NCBI GenBank assembly: GCA_964398205.1
Contig: CAYNLU010000001.1
Coordinates: 417-64,416, forward strand
From: an uncultured Candidatus Saccharibacteria bacterium
GTDB lineage: Bacteria > Patescibacteriota > Minisyncoccia > Phycocordibacterales > UBA9973
Reading direction: 5' to 3'
Length of the DNA stretch: 64,000 bases
Below, in pieces: positions 36,369 to 47,075 of the stretch. A program made the translations under genes and the position numbers. The notes beneath the pieces are model-generated. The model worked only from the letters and a program-made list of their open reading frames with translations, was not told the DNA's origin and made no database searches. How positions within the stretch are numbered: the stretch's first letter is position 1; the number at the start of each line of letters is the position of its first letter.

Positions 36369-36932
36369 TTAATCAATATCTTCATAGACTTTATAATAAG
36401 CGAAACCTAAATTTTCCTTATGATTCTTAAATTCCATCACTTCAACTACTTCTACTTTGGATGTTTTTCGGTCTTGAATTACAAGCAAAGTAGCTATTTT
36501 AATATCAAATTCGGTTTTTTTATCAATTTTTAGTTGTTTTTCAGCTTTTTTATTATTATCTTTCGTATCAGGTAAAGATAATTCATACGTATCAGTAAAA
36601 AACTCAAATAAAAGTTTTCCACCACTAGAATTTTTAACGTCTTTAACATTGTCTAAAGCAATTGGGGGAATTTGATTTTTTTGGATATATTCATCCAAAA
36701 AATACATATTTTCCTGGGAACAGGAATTGAATAATTCCCTTTCCCAGGCAATATATTTTTCTATTTCTTTTATCCAATAAATTGGAGGTTTATTGTCATA
36801 GAAAGAATCCCCAATTATTTTGGTTTTTTGCTGAATCCGTTCTTGATCCTGCTTACTATCTTTAATCAAAAGAATATTTTCTTTAAACAAAAGAAAGAAT
36901 TTTTTTGTGAGCTTAATAATTAAAATTAACAT
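36369..36932 (-). CDS. hypothetical protein (187 aa)
   Basis: ORF between the ABC exporter operon and tuf. No motif recognised. Confidence 0.45.
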   Translation of the reverse strand: MLILIIKLTKKFFLLFKENILLIKDSKQDQERIQQKTKIIGDSFYDNKPPIYWIKEIEKYIAWERELFNSCSQENMYFLDEYIQKNQIPPIALDNVKDVKNSSGGKLLFEFFTDTYELSLPDTKDNNKKAEKQLKIDKKTEFDIKIATLLVIQDRKTSKVEVVEVMEFKNHKENLGFAYYKVYEDID

Positions 36933-37041
36933 ATTTAATTTTTAAAGGTACAATATAATTTATATCAAATAAATGATAACACATTTTATTGAAAATGTAA
37001 ATCTAGTGCAACGAAATACCTATAATATATTAACTATAAAT

Positions 37042-37071
37042 AAAGGACATTCATATTTATGAATGTCCTTT
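37042..37071 (-). terminator. intrinsic terminator 3' of the ABC exporter operon (AAAGGACAUUCAUA-UU-UAUGAAUGUCCUUU)
   Basis: 14-bp perfect palindrome. Confidence 0.65.
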
Positions 37072-37083
37072 AGAAAGTTTATA

Positions 37084-37761
37084 TTATCTATTCATGATAT
37101 CGCTAATGATTTTACCGTCAGCCATTTTGATAGTCCGATCTGCGAGTTTAGCATACTCTTCTTCGTGAGTGACCATAACGATAGTTTGGCCTTCTTTGTT
37201 TAAAGCAAGGAAAGCTTCCATTACTTGATGAGAAGTTTCAGAATCAAGGTTAGCGGTAGGTTCATCCGCAAAGATAATCTTAGGATCGTGAGCAATAGCG
37301 CGAGCTATCGATACGCGTTGCTGTTGACCTCCTGAAAGAGCACTAGGTAGATTATTCATTCTATCTAAAAGCCCGACTTTATCTAAAGCTTTTTTAGCTT
37401 TTTCTTCAGCAGTCTTATTATCATAACCTTGCATTAAAAGAGGTAGCATGGTGTTTTCAAGCGCAGTCAAAGAAGGCATAATTGCATAGTCTTGAAAGAT
37501 ATATCCTAAATCATCGAGACGAATCTTGGTTCTTTCTCCTTCATTACGATCTACGCACTCTTTACCGTCTATATAAACTTCTCCTGAAGTAGGTAAATCG
37601 AGTAAACCAAGTTGATAAAGCAAAGTTGATTTACCGCTCCCCGATTTCCCTGTGATAGTCAAAAATTGTCCGTTCGGTACGCTAAAAGATAAATTATTTA
37701 AAGCAATAATTTGCGAATCTCCACTTTGAAATATTTTTGTTAAATTTTTTGTTTCAATCAT
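37084..37761 (-). CDS. ABC transporter ATP-binding protein, MacB/LolD-type
   Basis: Walker A GKSGSGKST, signature LSGGQQQRVSIARA, Walker B IIFADEPT. Confidence 0.9.
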   Translation of the reverse strand: MIETKNLTKIFQSGDSQIIALNNLSFSVPNGQFLTITGKSGSGKSTLLYQLGLLDLPTSGEVYIDGKECVDRNEGERTKIRLDDLGYIFQDYAIMPSLTALENTMLPLLMQGYDNKTAEEKAKKALDKVGLLDRMNNLPSALSGGQQQRVSIARAIAHDPKIIFADEPTANLDSETSHQVMEAFLALNKEGQTIVMVTHEEEYAKLADRTIKMADGKIISDIMNR

Positions 37762-37762
37762 T

Positions 37763-39034
37763 TTATCTTCCTAAGATTGCTGATAATGTATTTTGCTTGA
37801 TAACCATTCTAGCTGGAATATAACCGGCTATCATTGTAGTTACAAGGAGTATAAAAGCCCGAGTCAAAGTTCCTGATAAAGTAGCTACGAGTATACCGTC
37901 TGAGAATGGAAAATCGATAGGGTTATCCGTGAAATAAGGTTTTATCATACCAAAAATCAAAACCATACCTACGATAATACCGAGAGATGCATAAATCGTC
38001 GCTTGATACATATAAGAAAAGAGTATGGCTTGCTTGTTAATACCGATACCTTTTAGAATTCCGATATAGCGACGGCGAGTAATAGCGTTAACGAAAATCA
38101 CGATAAAGATAGTAATAGACGCTACAACTAAACCAATACCCGAGATAGCGCTACCTAAAATCCCGAAGGTTGCTTTAATATCTTTCAAGAATTTAGGAAA
38201 AGCTTCTTCGGCAGTTTGGACCCGAGCGTATTCTCCTACTCCACTATCAATCAAAAATTGCTTTGCGACGTTAGGATCGAAATTCGGTTGTAATTGAATA
38301 GCTATAGAACCAGCATTTAAATCAGTTTGATTAGATAGTTTGCGTGCTTCAGAAGCGAGCATCACTACTGAGAAATCGAAAGTGTCCACTTTAGAACTCA
38401 AAATTCCTTTTACAAAATATTCTTTACTTGTATTTCCGGAAGTTAATTTAACTCGGGAACCTACGTTTGTGTTTTTTAAACTTTCAAAACCCGGAGCATC
38501 GATAGGAGTAAATTCATAAAGAAAGTTTTTACCGATTAAGATACTATCAGCGTCGTTCTCATTTAAATATTCTCCTCTAAGTACGAATTTAGAAACTCCA
38601 GAAAATTTATCTTCGAGTTTAGGATCAATACCAAGTATAGGAGCTCCAGCTCCCCCCTTCTTCTCTCCAGGCTTAATAGTTTCTCTATAGGTATCTTCGA
38701 CACGAGCGGAGCCTCCGTATCTAACAGTATGATTTCTATATCCTGGCATAGTTTTAACTATCTCTTCAACTAAAGGAGTTTGTAAAATCAAATTACGATT
38801 TAAGAATGGAGAAATTATCAAGTCCCCAATCGCGTACTTCTTCTGAGCATCTTCGGAACCTTGAATAAGCCCGATCAAAATTCCAGAAACTACAACCAGA
38901 TTTAGGAAAGTCAAAGTCATAACAGCTACGATTAGCATCGTAGTCCATTTATTAGCCCGAAGTAGTTCTCTTTTTGCTAAAAACCAACCTACAGCTATAT
39001 TTCTTCCGAATGAATTTTTACTATTAATATGCAT
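37763..39034 (-). CDS. ABC transporter permease, FtsX/MacB-like
   Basis: N-terminal TM, large periplasmic domain, then three C-terminal TM helices. Adjacent to a MacB-type ATPase. Confidence 0.8.
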   Translation of the reverse strand: MHINSKNSFGRNIAVGWFLAKRELLRANKWTTMLIVAVMTLTFLNLVVVSGILIGLIQGSEDAQKKYAIGDLIISPFLNRNLILQTPLVEEIVKTMPGYRNHTVRYGGSARVEDTYRETIKPGEKKGGAGAPILGIDPKLEDKFSGVSKFVLRGEYLNENDADSILIGKNFLYEFTPIDAPGFESLKNTNVGSRVKLTSGNTSKEYFVKGILSSKVDTFDFSVVMLASEARKLSNQTDLNAGSIAIQLQPNFDPNVAKQFLIDSGVGEYARVQTAEEAFPKFLKDIKATFGILGSAISGIGLVVASITIFIVIFVNAITRRRYIGILKGIGINKQAILFSYMYQATIYASLGIIVGMVLIFGMIKPYFTDNPIDFPFSDGILVATLSGTLTRAFILLVTTMIAGYIPARMVIKQNTLSAILGR

Positions 39035-40587
39035 TATTTTAATTTAGGTAAAACTATTTTATCTTCTTTGTTAATTCCGTTTACAATTTCAATAGTATTT
39101 CCGTCACCAATATTACCAGTTAACACTAAAACTTCTTCGTATTTTTCTTTTTTAAGATTAGTGATTTTGTTTAAGTAAGTTTTACCATCTTCTTTCTTTA
39201 TCAAACTTGCTTCTGGCACAGAAATAACATCATTTTTCTCGAAAGTAGTGATTACAATCTCAGCATTCATACCTGGTCTAATATTTGAATCATTACTATC
39301 TAAGAAAACTTTAATTTTATAATTCACTACTCCGTCTTTAGTATCAGAAGAAGGATCTATATGAGAAACTTTACCGGAAAAAATATTATTTACTCCTAAA
39401 GCGTCAAAGGTAATATCAACTTTTTGATCAAGTTTGATATTTTTAATATTAGATTCGTTAATTAAAGCTTCTACGTACAGATTAGAAACATCTTCCAAGA
39501 CTAAAGCTGGTTTTGAAATATCTACGATTTCACCGTATTTAATATCAACTTTAGTTATAGTTCCTTCTTCAGGAGCACGAATAATTGTATCTTCGTAATT
39601 AGCGAGCGCTTGAGACAAGCTTGCACGAGCAGATAATACCTCAGCTTCTCCTAAAGCAATCTCAGAAGGTCTAGCGGAAGCTACTTTTAAAGCAAGTTCA
39701 GCTTCTCTTTGAGCTACCAAGGATTCTGCAGAAGACAAAGCGCTCTCACGAGTTTTCAACGCAGAATTATAAGCATTTTCATTTGCTAAATAATCACTAG
39801 CTTTTTTATTAGGAATATCAATCACAAAAGTTGAAGGTGCGAGATTAGTTGTAGAACTAAACAATAGGTATAATCCGGAATCCCCTATTTTTTGAGGATT
39901 AGTAGTATTTACATAACCAGTACTAGTAGCCAAACCTGAAGTTGAGAAAGTTAAACCTGCGCCAGTATTATAAATACTTACAGTTATTCTACCCTCTTTA
40001 CCGAGAGCATAAGTACCGCTTACGGTCGGAGCTGTGCGAGTATCATTTATATTTTCAGAAACTGCTTCTAAACTAGAATTCAATAACTTATTGTATGCAT
40101 TACTAACTAGAGTATCTTGAGTGTTTTTTGTATTAGCTAAATCAGTCTTCGCATTATTCAAAGCTACTTTTGCTAAAGTTATTTCTTCACTAGTAGCACC
40201 TTCTTTGATCTTTTGTAATTTTGCTTCTGCTAATGCTACTCCGGCACGAGCTTGAGCCACAGAAGCACCTTCGCTTCCAGAAGACAAAGTTGCTAGAATT
40301 TGACCTTTTTTAACTTTATCACCCACCGCAAAGTTAACTGATTTTACCGTACCAGCTTTTTTAAAAGATAAATCTAAATCTACCTTTGAAGTCACCACGC
40401 CGGTTGCTTTCACAGTTTCTACTAATTTACCATAAGTAGGATCGATAATAGTTAATTCTTCTTTGTCTTTTCTAAAAACAAAAAACAAAATTACTAAAAC
40501 TAAAATACCTAAAATCCATAAATTTCTTTTAACTTTAAAGAAATTTTTAATTATTTCAAATTTTTCTTTCATAATATTATTATACAT
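39034..40587 (-). CDS. HlyD/MacA-family periplasmic adaptor (membrane fusion protein)
   Basis: N-terminal TM anchor, lipoyl/barrel segments flanking a long Ala-rich coiled-coil. First gene of the adaptor-permease-ATPase operon. Confidence 0.75.
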   Translation of the reverse strand: MYNNIMKEKFEIIKNFFKVKRNLWILGILVLVILFFVFRKDKEELTIIDPTYGKLVETVKATGVVTSKVDLDLSFKKAGTVKSVNFAVGDKVKKGQILATLSSGSEGASVAQARAGVALAEAKLQKIKEGATSEEITLAKVALNNAKTDLANTKNTQDTLVSNAYNKLLNSSLEAVSENINDTRTAPTVSGTYALGKEGRITVSIYNTGAGLTFSTSGLATSTGYVNTTNPQKIGDSGLYLLFSSTTNLAPSTFVIDIPNKKASDYLANENAYNSALKTRESALSSAESLVAQREAELALKVASARPSEIALGEAEVLSARASLSQALANYEDTIIRAPEEGTITKVDIKYGEIVDISKPALVLEDVSNLYVEALINESNIKNIKLDQKVDITFDALGVNNIFSGKVSHIDPSSDTKDGVVNYKIKVFLDSNDSNIRPGMNAEIVITTFEKNDVISVPEASLIKKEDGKTYLNKITNLKKEKYEEVLVLTGNIGDGNTIEIVNGINKEDKIVLPKLK

Positions 40588-40604
40588 TTTTTATTAATAT
40601 AAAT

Positions 40605-40634
40605 AAAATCCCTTCTTTTTAAAGAAGGGATTTT
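40605..40634 (-). terminator. intrinsic terminator 3' of fusA (AAAAUCCCUUCUUU-UUAA-AAGAAGGGAUUUU)
   Basis: Perfect 13-bp stem. Confidence 0.7.
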
Positions 40635-40643
40635 ATTTCAAAA

Positions 40644-42791
40644 TTACTTACGAGAATTTATAATCTCTTGAGCTACGTTTTGAGGAACAATATCGTAACG
40701 CAAGAATTCCATAGTAAATGAAGCACGCCCTTCAGTCATAGAACGAAGACCTGTCATATAACCGAACATTTCAGATAGTGGTACAACAGCTTTTACAACT
40801 TGATTCATACCACGAGCTTCCATACCTTCGATCAAACCACGTTTTGAAGATAAGTTTCCAGCTACATCTCCCATAAATTTATCAGGAGTTACAACTTCTA
40901 CCTTCATCATTGGTTCTAGGATAACAGCATTTGCTCTCTTACAAGCGTCTTGGATAGCCATACTAGCTGCGATTTTGAAAGCCATTTCGTTTGAGTCAAC
41001 TTCGTGATAACTTCCATCCCAAAGATCTACAGAAACGTTTACCATTTTGAATCCTGCTAAGATACCGCGATCTAAACCTTCTTTAAATCCTTTTTCACAA
41101 GCTGGAATATATTCTTGAGGGATAACACCTCCTTTAATATTGTTAACGAATTCAAAACCTTCACTTCTTTTAGTATTCTTAGGTAAATCAGCAATTTCTT
41201 CTTTAGTTAAAGCCACCATAGGTTTAACTTTAATTTTCACGTGACCGTAGTTACCACGACCTCCAGATTGCTTGATATATTTACCTTCTGCTTCACCAGC
41301 ACCATTAATAGTTTCACGGTAAGCAACTTGAGGTTTACCAACATTAGCCTCCACAGCAAATTCTCTCTTTAAGCGATCTACGATAATTTCAAGGTGAAGT
41401 TCTCCCATACCTGCGATAATAGTTTCTCCGGTTTCTTGATCAGTAGAAACTTTGAAAGTTGGGTCTTCTTGAGCTAAACGATTTAACGCCATACCCATTT
41501 TCTCTTGGTCAGCTTTAGTTTTCGGTTCAATACGTAGAGAAATAACTGGTTCAGGGAAAACAATACGGTTTAATTCTACTGGTGCATTTTCGTCACACAA
41601 AGTATCAGAAGTAATAGTATCTTTAAGTCCTACTGCTGCTGCAATTTCTCCAGCGAAAACTTTCTTTACTTCTTCACGGTCATTAGCATGCATACGCAAA
41701 ATACGTCCAATTCTTTCTTTAGTTCTTGTACGAGGATTATATACATAACTACCTGCAGTCAAAGTTCCAGAATAAACACGGAAGAAAATAAGTTGTCCTA
41801 CGAAAGGATCGGCTGCGATTTTAAAAGCTAGAGCAGAAAAAGGTTCAGTATCAGAAGCGTTTCTTACTACTGCTTCTTCGGTATTAGCATCGATACCTGG
41901 AATAGGAGGAATATCTGTTGGAGCTGGAAGATAATCTACCACAGCATCAAGTACTAATTGCACTCCTTTATTTTTTAGAGCAGAACCTGCGAAAACTGGG
42001 AAAATTTCGTTTGCAATAACTGCTTTTCTTAATACTTTTTTCAAAGTATCTACGTTTGGAGTCATACCATCTAAATATTCAGCCATCAAAGCTTCATCTT
42101 GTTCAACTATTTTTTCAACTAATTCTGCATGCAAACCTTCTGCTTCTTTTTTATATTCTTCTGGAATTTCTTTTTCGATAACTTCGTTACCCATAGTACC
42201 TTCAAAATAATAAGCTTTCATTTTTAGAAGATCGATAACTCCTTCGTGCTTATCTTCAAGTCCGATAGGAATTTGTACACGAACAGCTTTCTTAGAAAGT
42301 CTTTCTAAAATAGTTTTATATGAATGTTCAAAACTTGCACCTGTACGGTCAAGCTTGTTAATGAAACAAATACGAGGCACGTTAGCTTCATCAGCATAAC
42401 GCCAGTTAGTTTCAGATTGAGGTTCAACACCAGCAACACCATCGAAAACCACCACAGCTCCATCTAACACACGAAGAGATCTTTTAACCTCTACTGTGAA
42501 GTCGATGTGACCTGGAGTATCGATAATATTAAAACGGTGTTTAAGCGCCTTATTAGTAAGATCATATGTAGGAGTCCAGAAACAAGTAATAGCCGCAGAA
42601 GTAATAGTAATACCTCTTTCGCGTTCTTGTTCCATCCAGTCAGTAGTAGCTGCTCCATCGTGAACTTCACCTATTTTGTGAGACATACCTGTATAATACA
42701 AGATACGTTCACTAGTTGTGGTTTTACCGGCATCGATGTGAGCGATAATTCCGAAATTTCTAACTTTTGATAAAGGATAATCTCTTTCCAT
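40644..42791 (-). CDS. fusA: elongation factor G
   Basis: [23 protein letters not shown]-motifs, 715 aa. Confidence 0.97.
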   Translation of the reverse strand: MERDYPLSKVRNFGIIAHIDAGKTTTSERILYYTGMSHKIGEVHDGAATTDWMEQERERGITITSAAITCFWTPTYDLTNKALKHRFNIIDTPGHIDFTVEVKRSLRVLDGAVVVFDGVAGVEPQSETNWRYADEANVPRICFINKLDRTGASFEHSYKTILERLSKKAVRVQIPIGLEDKHEGVIDLLKMKAYYFEGTMGNEVIEKEIPEEYKKEAEGLHAELVEKIVEQDEALMAEYLDGMTPNVDTLKKVLRKAVIANEIFPVFAGSALKNKGVQLVLDAVVDYLPAPTDIPPIPGIDANTEEAVVRNASDTEPFSALAFKIAADPFVGQLIFFRVYSGTLTAGSYVYNPRTRTKERIGRILRMHANDREEVKKVFAGEIAAAVGLKDTITSDTLCDENAPVELNRIVFPEPVISLRIEPKTKADQEKMGMALNRLAQEDPTFKVSTDQETGETIIAGMGELHLEIIVDRLKREFAVEANVGKPQVAYRETINGAGEAEGKYIKQSGGRGNYGHVKIKVKPMVALTKEEIADLPKNTKRSEGFEFVNNIKGGVIPQEYIPACEKGFKEGLDRGILAGFKMVNVSVDLWDGSYHEVDSNEMAFKIAASMAIQDACKRANAVILEPMMKVEVVTPDKFMGDVAGNLSSKRGLIEGMEARGMNQVVKAVVPLSEMFGYMTGLRSMTEGRASFTMEFLRYDIVPQNVAQEIINSRK

Positions 42792-42916
42792 ATGATTTTA
42801 TATAATTTAATAAATTACTTAATAATAAAAAAAGCGCTTGTGCACTTAGCTAAACTATATAACATAAACACTTTTTTTGCAAACCCTAAAAACTGTATTC
42901 TACAACAAATAAAAAA

Positions 42917-42933
42917 GCCGGAACTAGTCCGGC
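42917..42933 (-). terminator. hairpin GCCGGACUAGUUCCGGC plus U-tract, 3' of the Zn-ribbon gene
   Basis: 6-bp GC stem followed by TTTTTTATTT on the minus strand. Confidence 0.55.
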
Positions 42934-42938
42934 ATTAT

Positions 42939-43460
42939 TCAAAATTTAAAATACTCGAAAGGAATATAAACTTCTGCGTAGTTTAAACTTTTTACAAAAG
43001 TTTTTAATACAGGCAAAAGAAGGCCGTTTGTATTTTCTGTGGTAATGAACAATTGGTGGTTTTCTTGACCACCAAGCCAATGGTTTGGTTTTTGTTCAAT
43101 AAAATCTTTATTTAATACATGAACAGACCTGATGTTTAACTGAATTTTTTTAATCTGATTTTTCTGACTATAAAAATATCCAGGTATTTCAAGAATATCA
43201 TGTCTTAGAGAAACTAAATGAGTTTCTTCGAAAAGAAACTTGGCTTTTTCAAACCTGTCTTTATCTCCTATATCAAGACGGTTTTTTTGAGTAGGCATAA
43301 CCGGAACACCACAATGCCCACAATGATAAATCCCCCGCAATGATTCTTCTGCACCGTTGTGATAAGTAAAAGAATGCGTGATTTTTGTAATTTCCCCAGA
43401 AAAATTACAAACAGGACAATTATTATTAGTCTCCAGTTCTATAATTTTAAAATTACACAT
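42939..43460 (-). CDS. Zn-ribbon-containing hypothetical protein inserted between rpsG and fusA
   Basis: CPVC...(30 aa)...CGHC pattern, then a 120-aa domain of unknown function. Confidence 0.5.
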   Translation of the reverse strand: MCNFKIIELETNNNCPVCNFSGEITKITHSFTYHNGAEESLRGIYHCGHCGVPVMPTQKNRLDIGDKDRFEKAKFLFEETHLVSLRHDILEIPGYFYSQKNQIKKIQLNIRSVHVLNKDFIEQKPNHWLGGQENHQLFITTENTNGLLLPVLKTFVKSLNYAEVYIPFEYFKF

Positions 43461-43531
43461 AATATTTGGTTTTAAAAGATTAAAAAGAATTTGATTTCCC
43501 CTTTACCTTAACCTAAAACTAAACAAAAAGC

Positions 43532-43558
43532 AAAGCGTCGCCCGAAGGGCGACGCTTT
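43532..43558 (-). terminator. intrinsic terminator 3' of rpsG (GCGUCGCCC-GAA-GGGCGACGC)
   Basis: Perfect 9-bp GC-rich stem with flanking A and U tracts. Confidence 0.7.
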
Positions 43559-43577
43559 TGAGTTTCTCTTATATATA

Positions 43578-44048
43578 TTACCAAGCGAAGTGAGCGAAAG
43601 CTTTGTTTGATTCTGCCATTTTGTGAGTATCTTCTTTCTTCTTAACAGCAGCACCTTCGTTCTTAGAAGCTAGTATTAATTCATCAGCAAGTTTCATATG
43701 TACAGGACGTCCTTTACCCTTACGAGCTGCATCACGAATCCAACGCATAGCGAGAGCAAGTTTACGAGAAGCTGAAACTTCACGAGGAACTTGATAGTTC
43801 GCACCTCCGATTCTCTTTGAACGAACTTCAGTAGTTGGTCCAGCATTTCTCATAGCTAGGTCAAAGATTTCTAAAGGATTAGGATTTCCAGTCTTTTCTT
43901 TGATAACTTCGAATGCTCCGTAAACTACGTTGCGAGCAGTTTCTTTCTTGCCGTGAAGCATCATGTAGTTGATAAACTTTTCTACTTTTTCAGAATTATA
44001 TACTGAATCCTTCCCTACTATATTTCTATTTTTTACTTTTCTTCTCAT
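43578..44048 (-). CDS. rpsG: 30S ribosomal protein S7
   Basis: Canonical S7, 156 aa. Confidence 0.95.
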   Translation of the reverse strand: MRRKVKNRNIVGKDSVYNSEKVEKFINYMMLHGKKETARNVVYGAFEVIKEKTGNPNPLEIFDLAMRNAGPTTEVRSKRIGGANYQVPREVSASRKLALAMRWIRDAARKGKGRPVHMKLADELILASKNEGAAVKKKEDTHKMAESNKAFAHFAW

Positions 44049-44103
44049 ATTTTTATTTTAGGTTTAAAATTTTCAGGCTTGGCCTTACTCCTAATATTAA
44101 TAA

Positions 44104-44529
44104 TTATTTTTTAGCGTCAGCTTTTGGCTTCTTGTTACCGTATAGAGATCTACCTTGACGTCTCTTTTCAACTCCTTGAGTATCTAGAACTCCACGAACT
44201 ATATGATAACGAACTCCGATCAAGTCCTTCACACGGCCTCCACGTAGCATAACTACTGAGTGCTCTTGCAAATTGTGACCTTCACCTGGAATATAAGCTG
44301 TTACTTCCATACCGTTAGTCAAACGTACACGAGCGATCTTACGAAGCGCTGAGTTAGGTTTCTTTGGGGTTGTTGTTGTAACTTTAGTACAAACTCCTCT
44401 TTTAAAAGGTGCAGGATAAAATATCGGTGCATTCTTAAGAGTATTAAAACCACGTGCTAAAGCCACAGTCTTAGACTTGCGGACTACTTTTGTTCTATTC
44501 TTTTTAATTAATTGATTTATTGTTGGCAT
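44104..44529 (-). CDS. rpsL: 30S ribosomal protein S12
   Basis: [10 protein letters not shown]...[10 protein letters not shown] canonical S12. Confidence 0.97.
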   Translation of the reverse strand: MPTINQLIKKNRTKVVRKSKTVALARGFNTLKNAPIFYPAPFKRGVCTKVTTTTPKKPNSALRKIARVRLTNGMEVTAYIPGEGHNLQEHSVVMLRGGRVKDLIGVRYHIVRGVLDTQGVEKRRQGRSLYGNKKPKADAKK

Positions 44530-44606
44530 TTATTTGTTTTCTATAAAATAAAAGAGTCCAAAGACTCGTAGAAATAATATACTACATACTCAAAAAAAAT
44601 GCAAAT

Positions 44607-45221
44607 CTATAAACCGTAGCCTGTGAGTAAGGTGAACAAGAACCCTACCAAAGGTCCTAAAAAGTCAGATAAGAAAAATACGAAGATTAAGAAAAAGACT
44701 AAAGAATATTGCTCTATAAATTCAATAATATTAGAAAAGGAAGCCGGCAATAATGCAAAAAGTATCTTAGAACCGTCTAGTGGAGGTACAGGAATAAGGT
44801 TAAAAATTCCTAAAGCAAGATTAATAATAACGATAGTTGAAAGTATAAATCCTAAATCTTGATCTGGATAATAAGGAAAAACAAAACGTAGAATTAAACC
44901 GAAAAAGATAGCGAGTACGAAGTTGACGAAAACTCCAGCCGACGCAACCGCTAAAGTCCCCTTTTTAATATTATTAAAATTCCTCGGATCATAAGGTACC
45001 GGTTTCGCCCAACCTATCATAAACGGAGATTTCGTTATAGCGAGCAAGGCCGGTAAAGCGATAGAACCAATAGGGTCTAGATGCGGAATCGGGTTTATAG
45101 TCAATCTTCCTAAGTCTTTCGCAGTATTATCTCCAAAATATAATGCAGCATAGCCGTGCGCTACTTCGTGAAGCACTACAGAGAATATTAATATAGCTAT
45201 ATAAAAAATAATTTCTAACAT
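44607..45221 (-). CDS. site-2 protease (peptidase M50) family membrane metalloprotease
   Basis: HEVAHG (HExxH) inside the first TM helix. Multi-pass, 204 aa. Confidence 0.7.
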   Translation of the reverse strand: MLEIIFYIAILIFSVVLHEVAHGYAALYFGDNTAKDLGRLTINPIPHLDPIGSIALPALLAITKSPFMIGWAKPVPYDPRNFNNIKKGTLAVASAGVFVNFVLAIFFGLILRFVFPYYPDQDLGFILSTIVIINLALGIFNLIPVPPLDGSKILFALLPASFSNIIEFIEQYSLVFFLIFVFFLSDFLGPLVGFLFTLLTGYGL

Positions 45222-45281
45222 AATTTAACTAAAAGCTAACATATTGCTTTTTGTATAACTATATGATAACATAAAAACACT

Positions 45282-45524
45282 ATGGCGAAAATATGCGCAA
45301 TTACAAATAAAACAAGTGTTATGGGAGGAGGTTATTCAAACCGCACTCGTGCAACAAAATTCAACCCGACTGGAAAAGTTCGCAAGAATATTAACCTGCA
45401 AACAAAGAAGATTTTTGTTCCTGAACTTAATAAAGCTGTTAAAGTTTCAGTTTCTACTCGCGGTCTTAAAACTATCAAGAAAAACGGAGTCTACCCTACT
45501 CTTAAAAAAGCTGGATTAATCTAA
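45282..45524 (+). CDS. rpmB: 50S ribosomal protein L28
   Basis: MAKICAITNK...GGGYSNRTRATK resembles the L28 N-terminus, 80 aa. Confidence 0.8.
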   Translation: MAKICAITNKTSVMGGGYSNRTRATKFNPTGKVRKNINLQTKKIFVPELNKAVKVSVSTRGLKTIKKNGVYPTLKKAGLI

Positions 45525-45533
45525 ATAAGCAAT

Positions 45534-45563
45534 AAAAAAACCTCACAATTGTGAGGTTTTTTT
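45534..45563. terminator. bidirectional terminator (AAAAAAACCUCACAAUUGUGAGGUUUUUUU)
   Basis: Perfect palindrome between convergent rpmB and the helicase gene. Confidence 0.75.
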
Positions 45564-45573
45564 ATTGCTTATT

Positions 45574-46901
45574 TTAAGATACGAAAGTTAAAGAATGACC
45601 TTTTTTGTCTCCTCTACCTGTACGACCAATACGGTGAACGTAAGTATCGTAATTTTGAGGGATATCGTAGTTAATCACGTGAGATACGTTTGGGATATCA
45701 AGTCCGCGAGCTGCGACGTCGGTTGCGATTAGGACGTTTAATTTACCTTCTTTGAAAGCAGCTAAGGTTCGTAATCTTTCACGACTTCTTTTATCTCCGT
45801 GAATACCCGCAGCTTTGAAACCTTTACCTCTTAATTCTTTTTCGAGTTCGTCTACTGCGTATTTCATCTCTCTAAAAATTAGAATCTTATCAGTTCCTTC
45901 AGAAGCTAAAATTTCACAAAGTTTAGAAAATTTATTTTCTTTATTTATCCGAACTACGTCTTGATCTATATTGCGAGAAGTTTCACCTTTGATAACAGAT
46001 ATAAATACTGGGTCTTTCAAGAATTTAGAAGTTAAAGCCTTGATATCATCTGAGAGAGTTGCTGAGAAGAAAAGAGTTTGCTTGTCAGGATGAGTATTAG
46101 ATAAAATACTAACCATATCATCTCTAAAGCCCATATCGAGCATCCGATCCGCTTCATCTAAAACTATATTTTTATAATTCGATAAATCTAAAACTTTTCT
46201 TTTAATCAAATCCATAACGCGTCCCGGAGTCCCAATAACGAAAGATACTCCTCTTTTGATTTCGATGATTTGTTTATTGATAGGCAATCCTCCTACGACT
46301 GATACTCCAAAAAGTCCAGAACCAAAAGCTAGCGAACGAAGTTCTTCTTCGATTTGAATAGCGAGCTCACGAGTCGGCGCAAGCACTAAAACTTTTTCGT
46401 TTTTATCTTGCATAACTTTGTTAATAAGAGGAAGCAAGAAAGCTGCAGTTTTACCTGTACCTGTATTCGCTAAACCAAAAACGTCTTTCCCTTCTAAAAT
46501 AGAAGGTATCGCTTGATCTTGAATAGGGCGAGGCGAAATATAACCCTTGCGAGCAATATTGCTTTGCAGTTTCTCTACGAAAGGAAAATCTATAAAATGA
46601 TGCTTTGATTCGTAAGGCTTTTCTTCTTTGAATACAGCTTTACTAATAAAGCGAGAGTAATCTATGCGTTCTCCTCTTTGTTTTCTACCTCCACTAGATT
46701 TACGAGCACCTCTACGTCCACCTCCAAAAGAAGGTCTCCCAAAAGGTACTTTTTTAGCTCCTCCGAAAGAAGAACTTTTCTTAAAACTTTTTCTCACTGG
46801 TTTACCAGCAAAACTTTTACGCGGACCAGACGAAGCTGATTTCGCGCCACTCGGACGAGCCGAGCTGAAACTACGTTTGTTAATCATATTTTTTTGTGTC
46901 A
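45574..46901 (-). CDS. DEAD-box ATP-dependent RNA helicase with a Gly/Arg/Ser-rich N-terminal region
   Basis: Q-motif, AxTGTGKT, PTRELA, DEAD, SAT and HRIGRTGR motifs. The ORF track extends to 47028, but the start is more plausible at MTQKN (46901). Confidence 0.85.
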
Positions 46902-47075
46902 TGGATATCAATCCTACTAGACACAAAAGCCTTAGATGATTTCCATAATCGTCAGTCTCATTATTATTAAGATTGTCTGCTCGTTTGCAGAACTGAGATT
47001 GATACTCAAATATTAGCATTATTACCAAACTTTGTCAAATTTGTGAAGTATTTTATTAAAAGTTAAAATAGAAAT

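Noticed and set aside
42507-42986. Small plus-strand ORFs (87 and 64 aa) at the fusA 5' end and upstream
   Set aside because: One is antisense to fusA and the other lies in AT-rich intergenic DNA. There are no supporting features.
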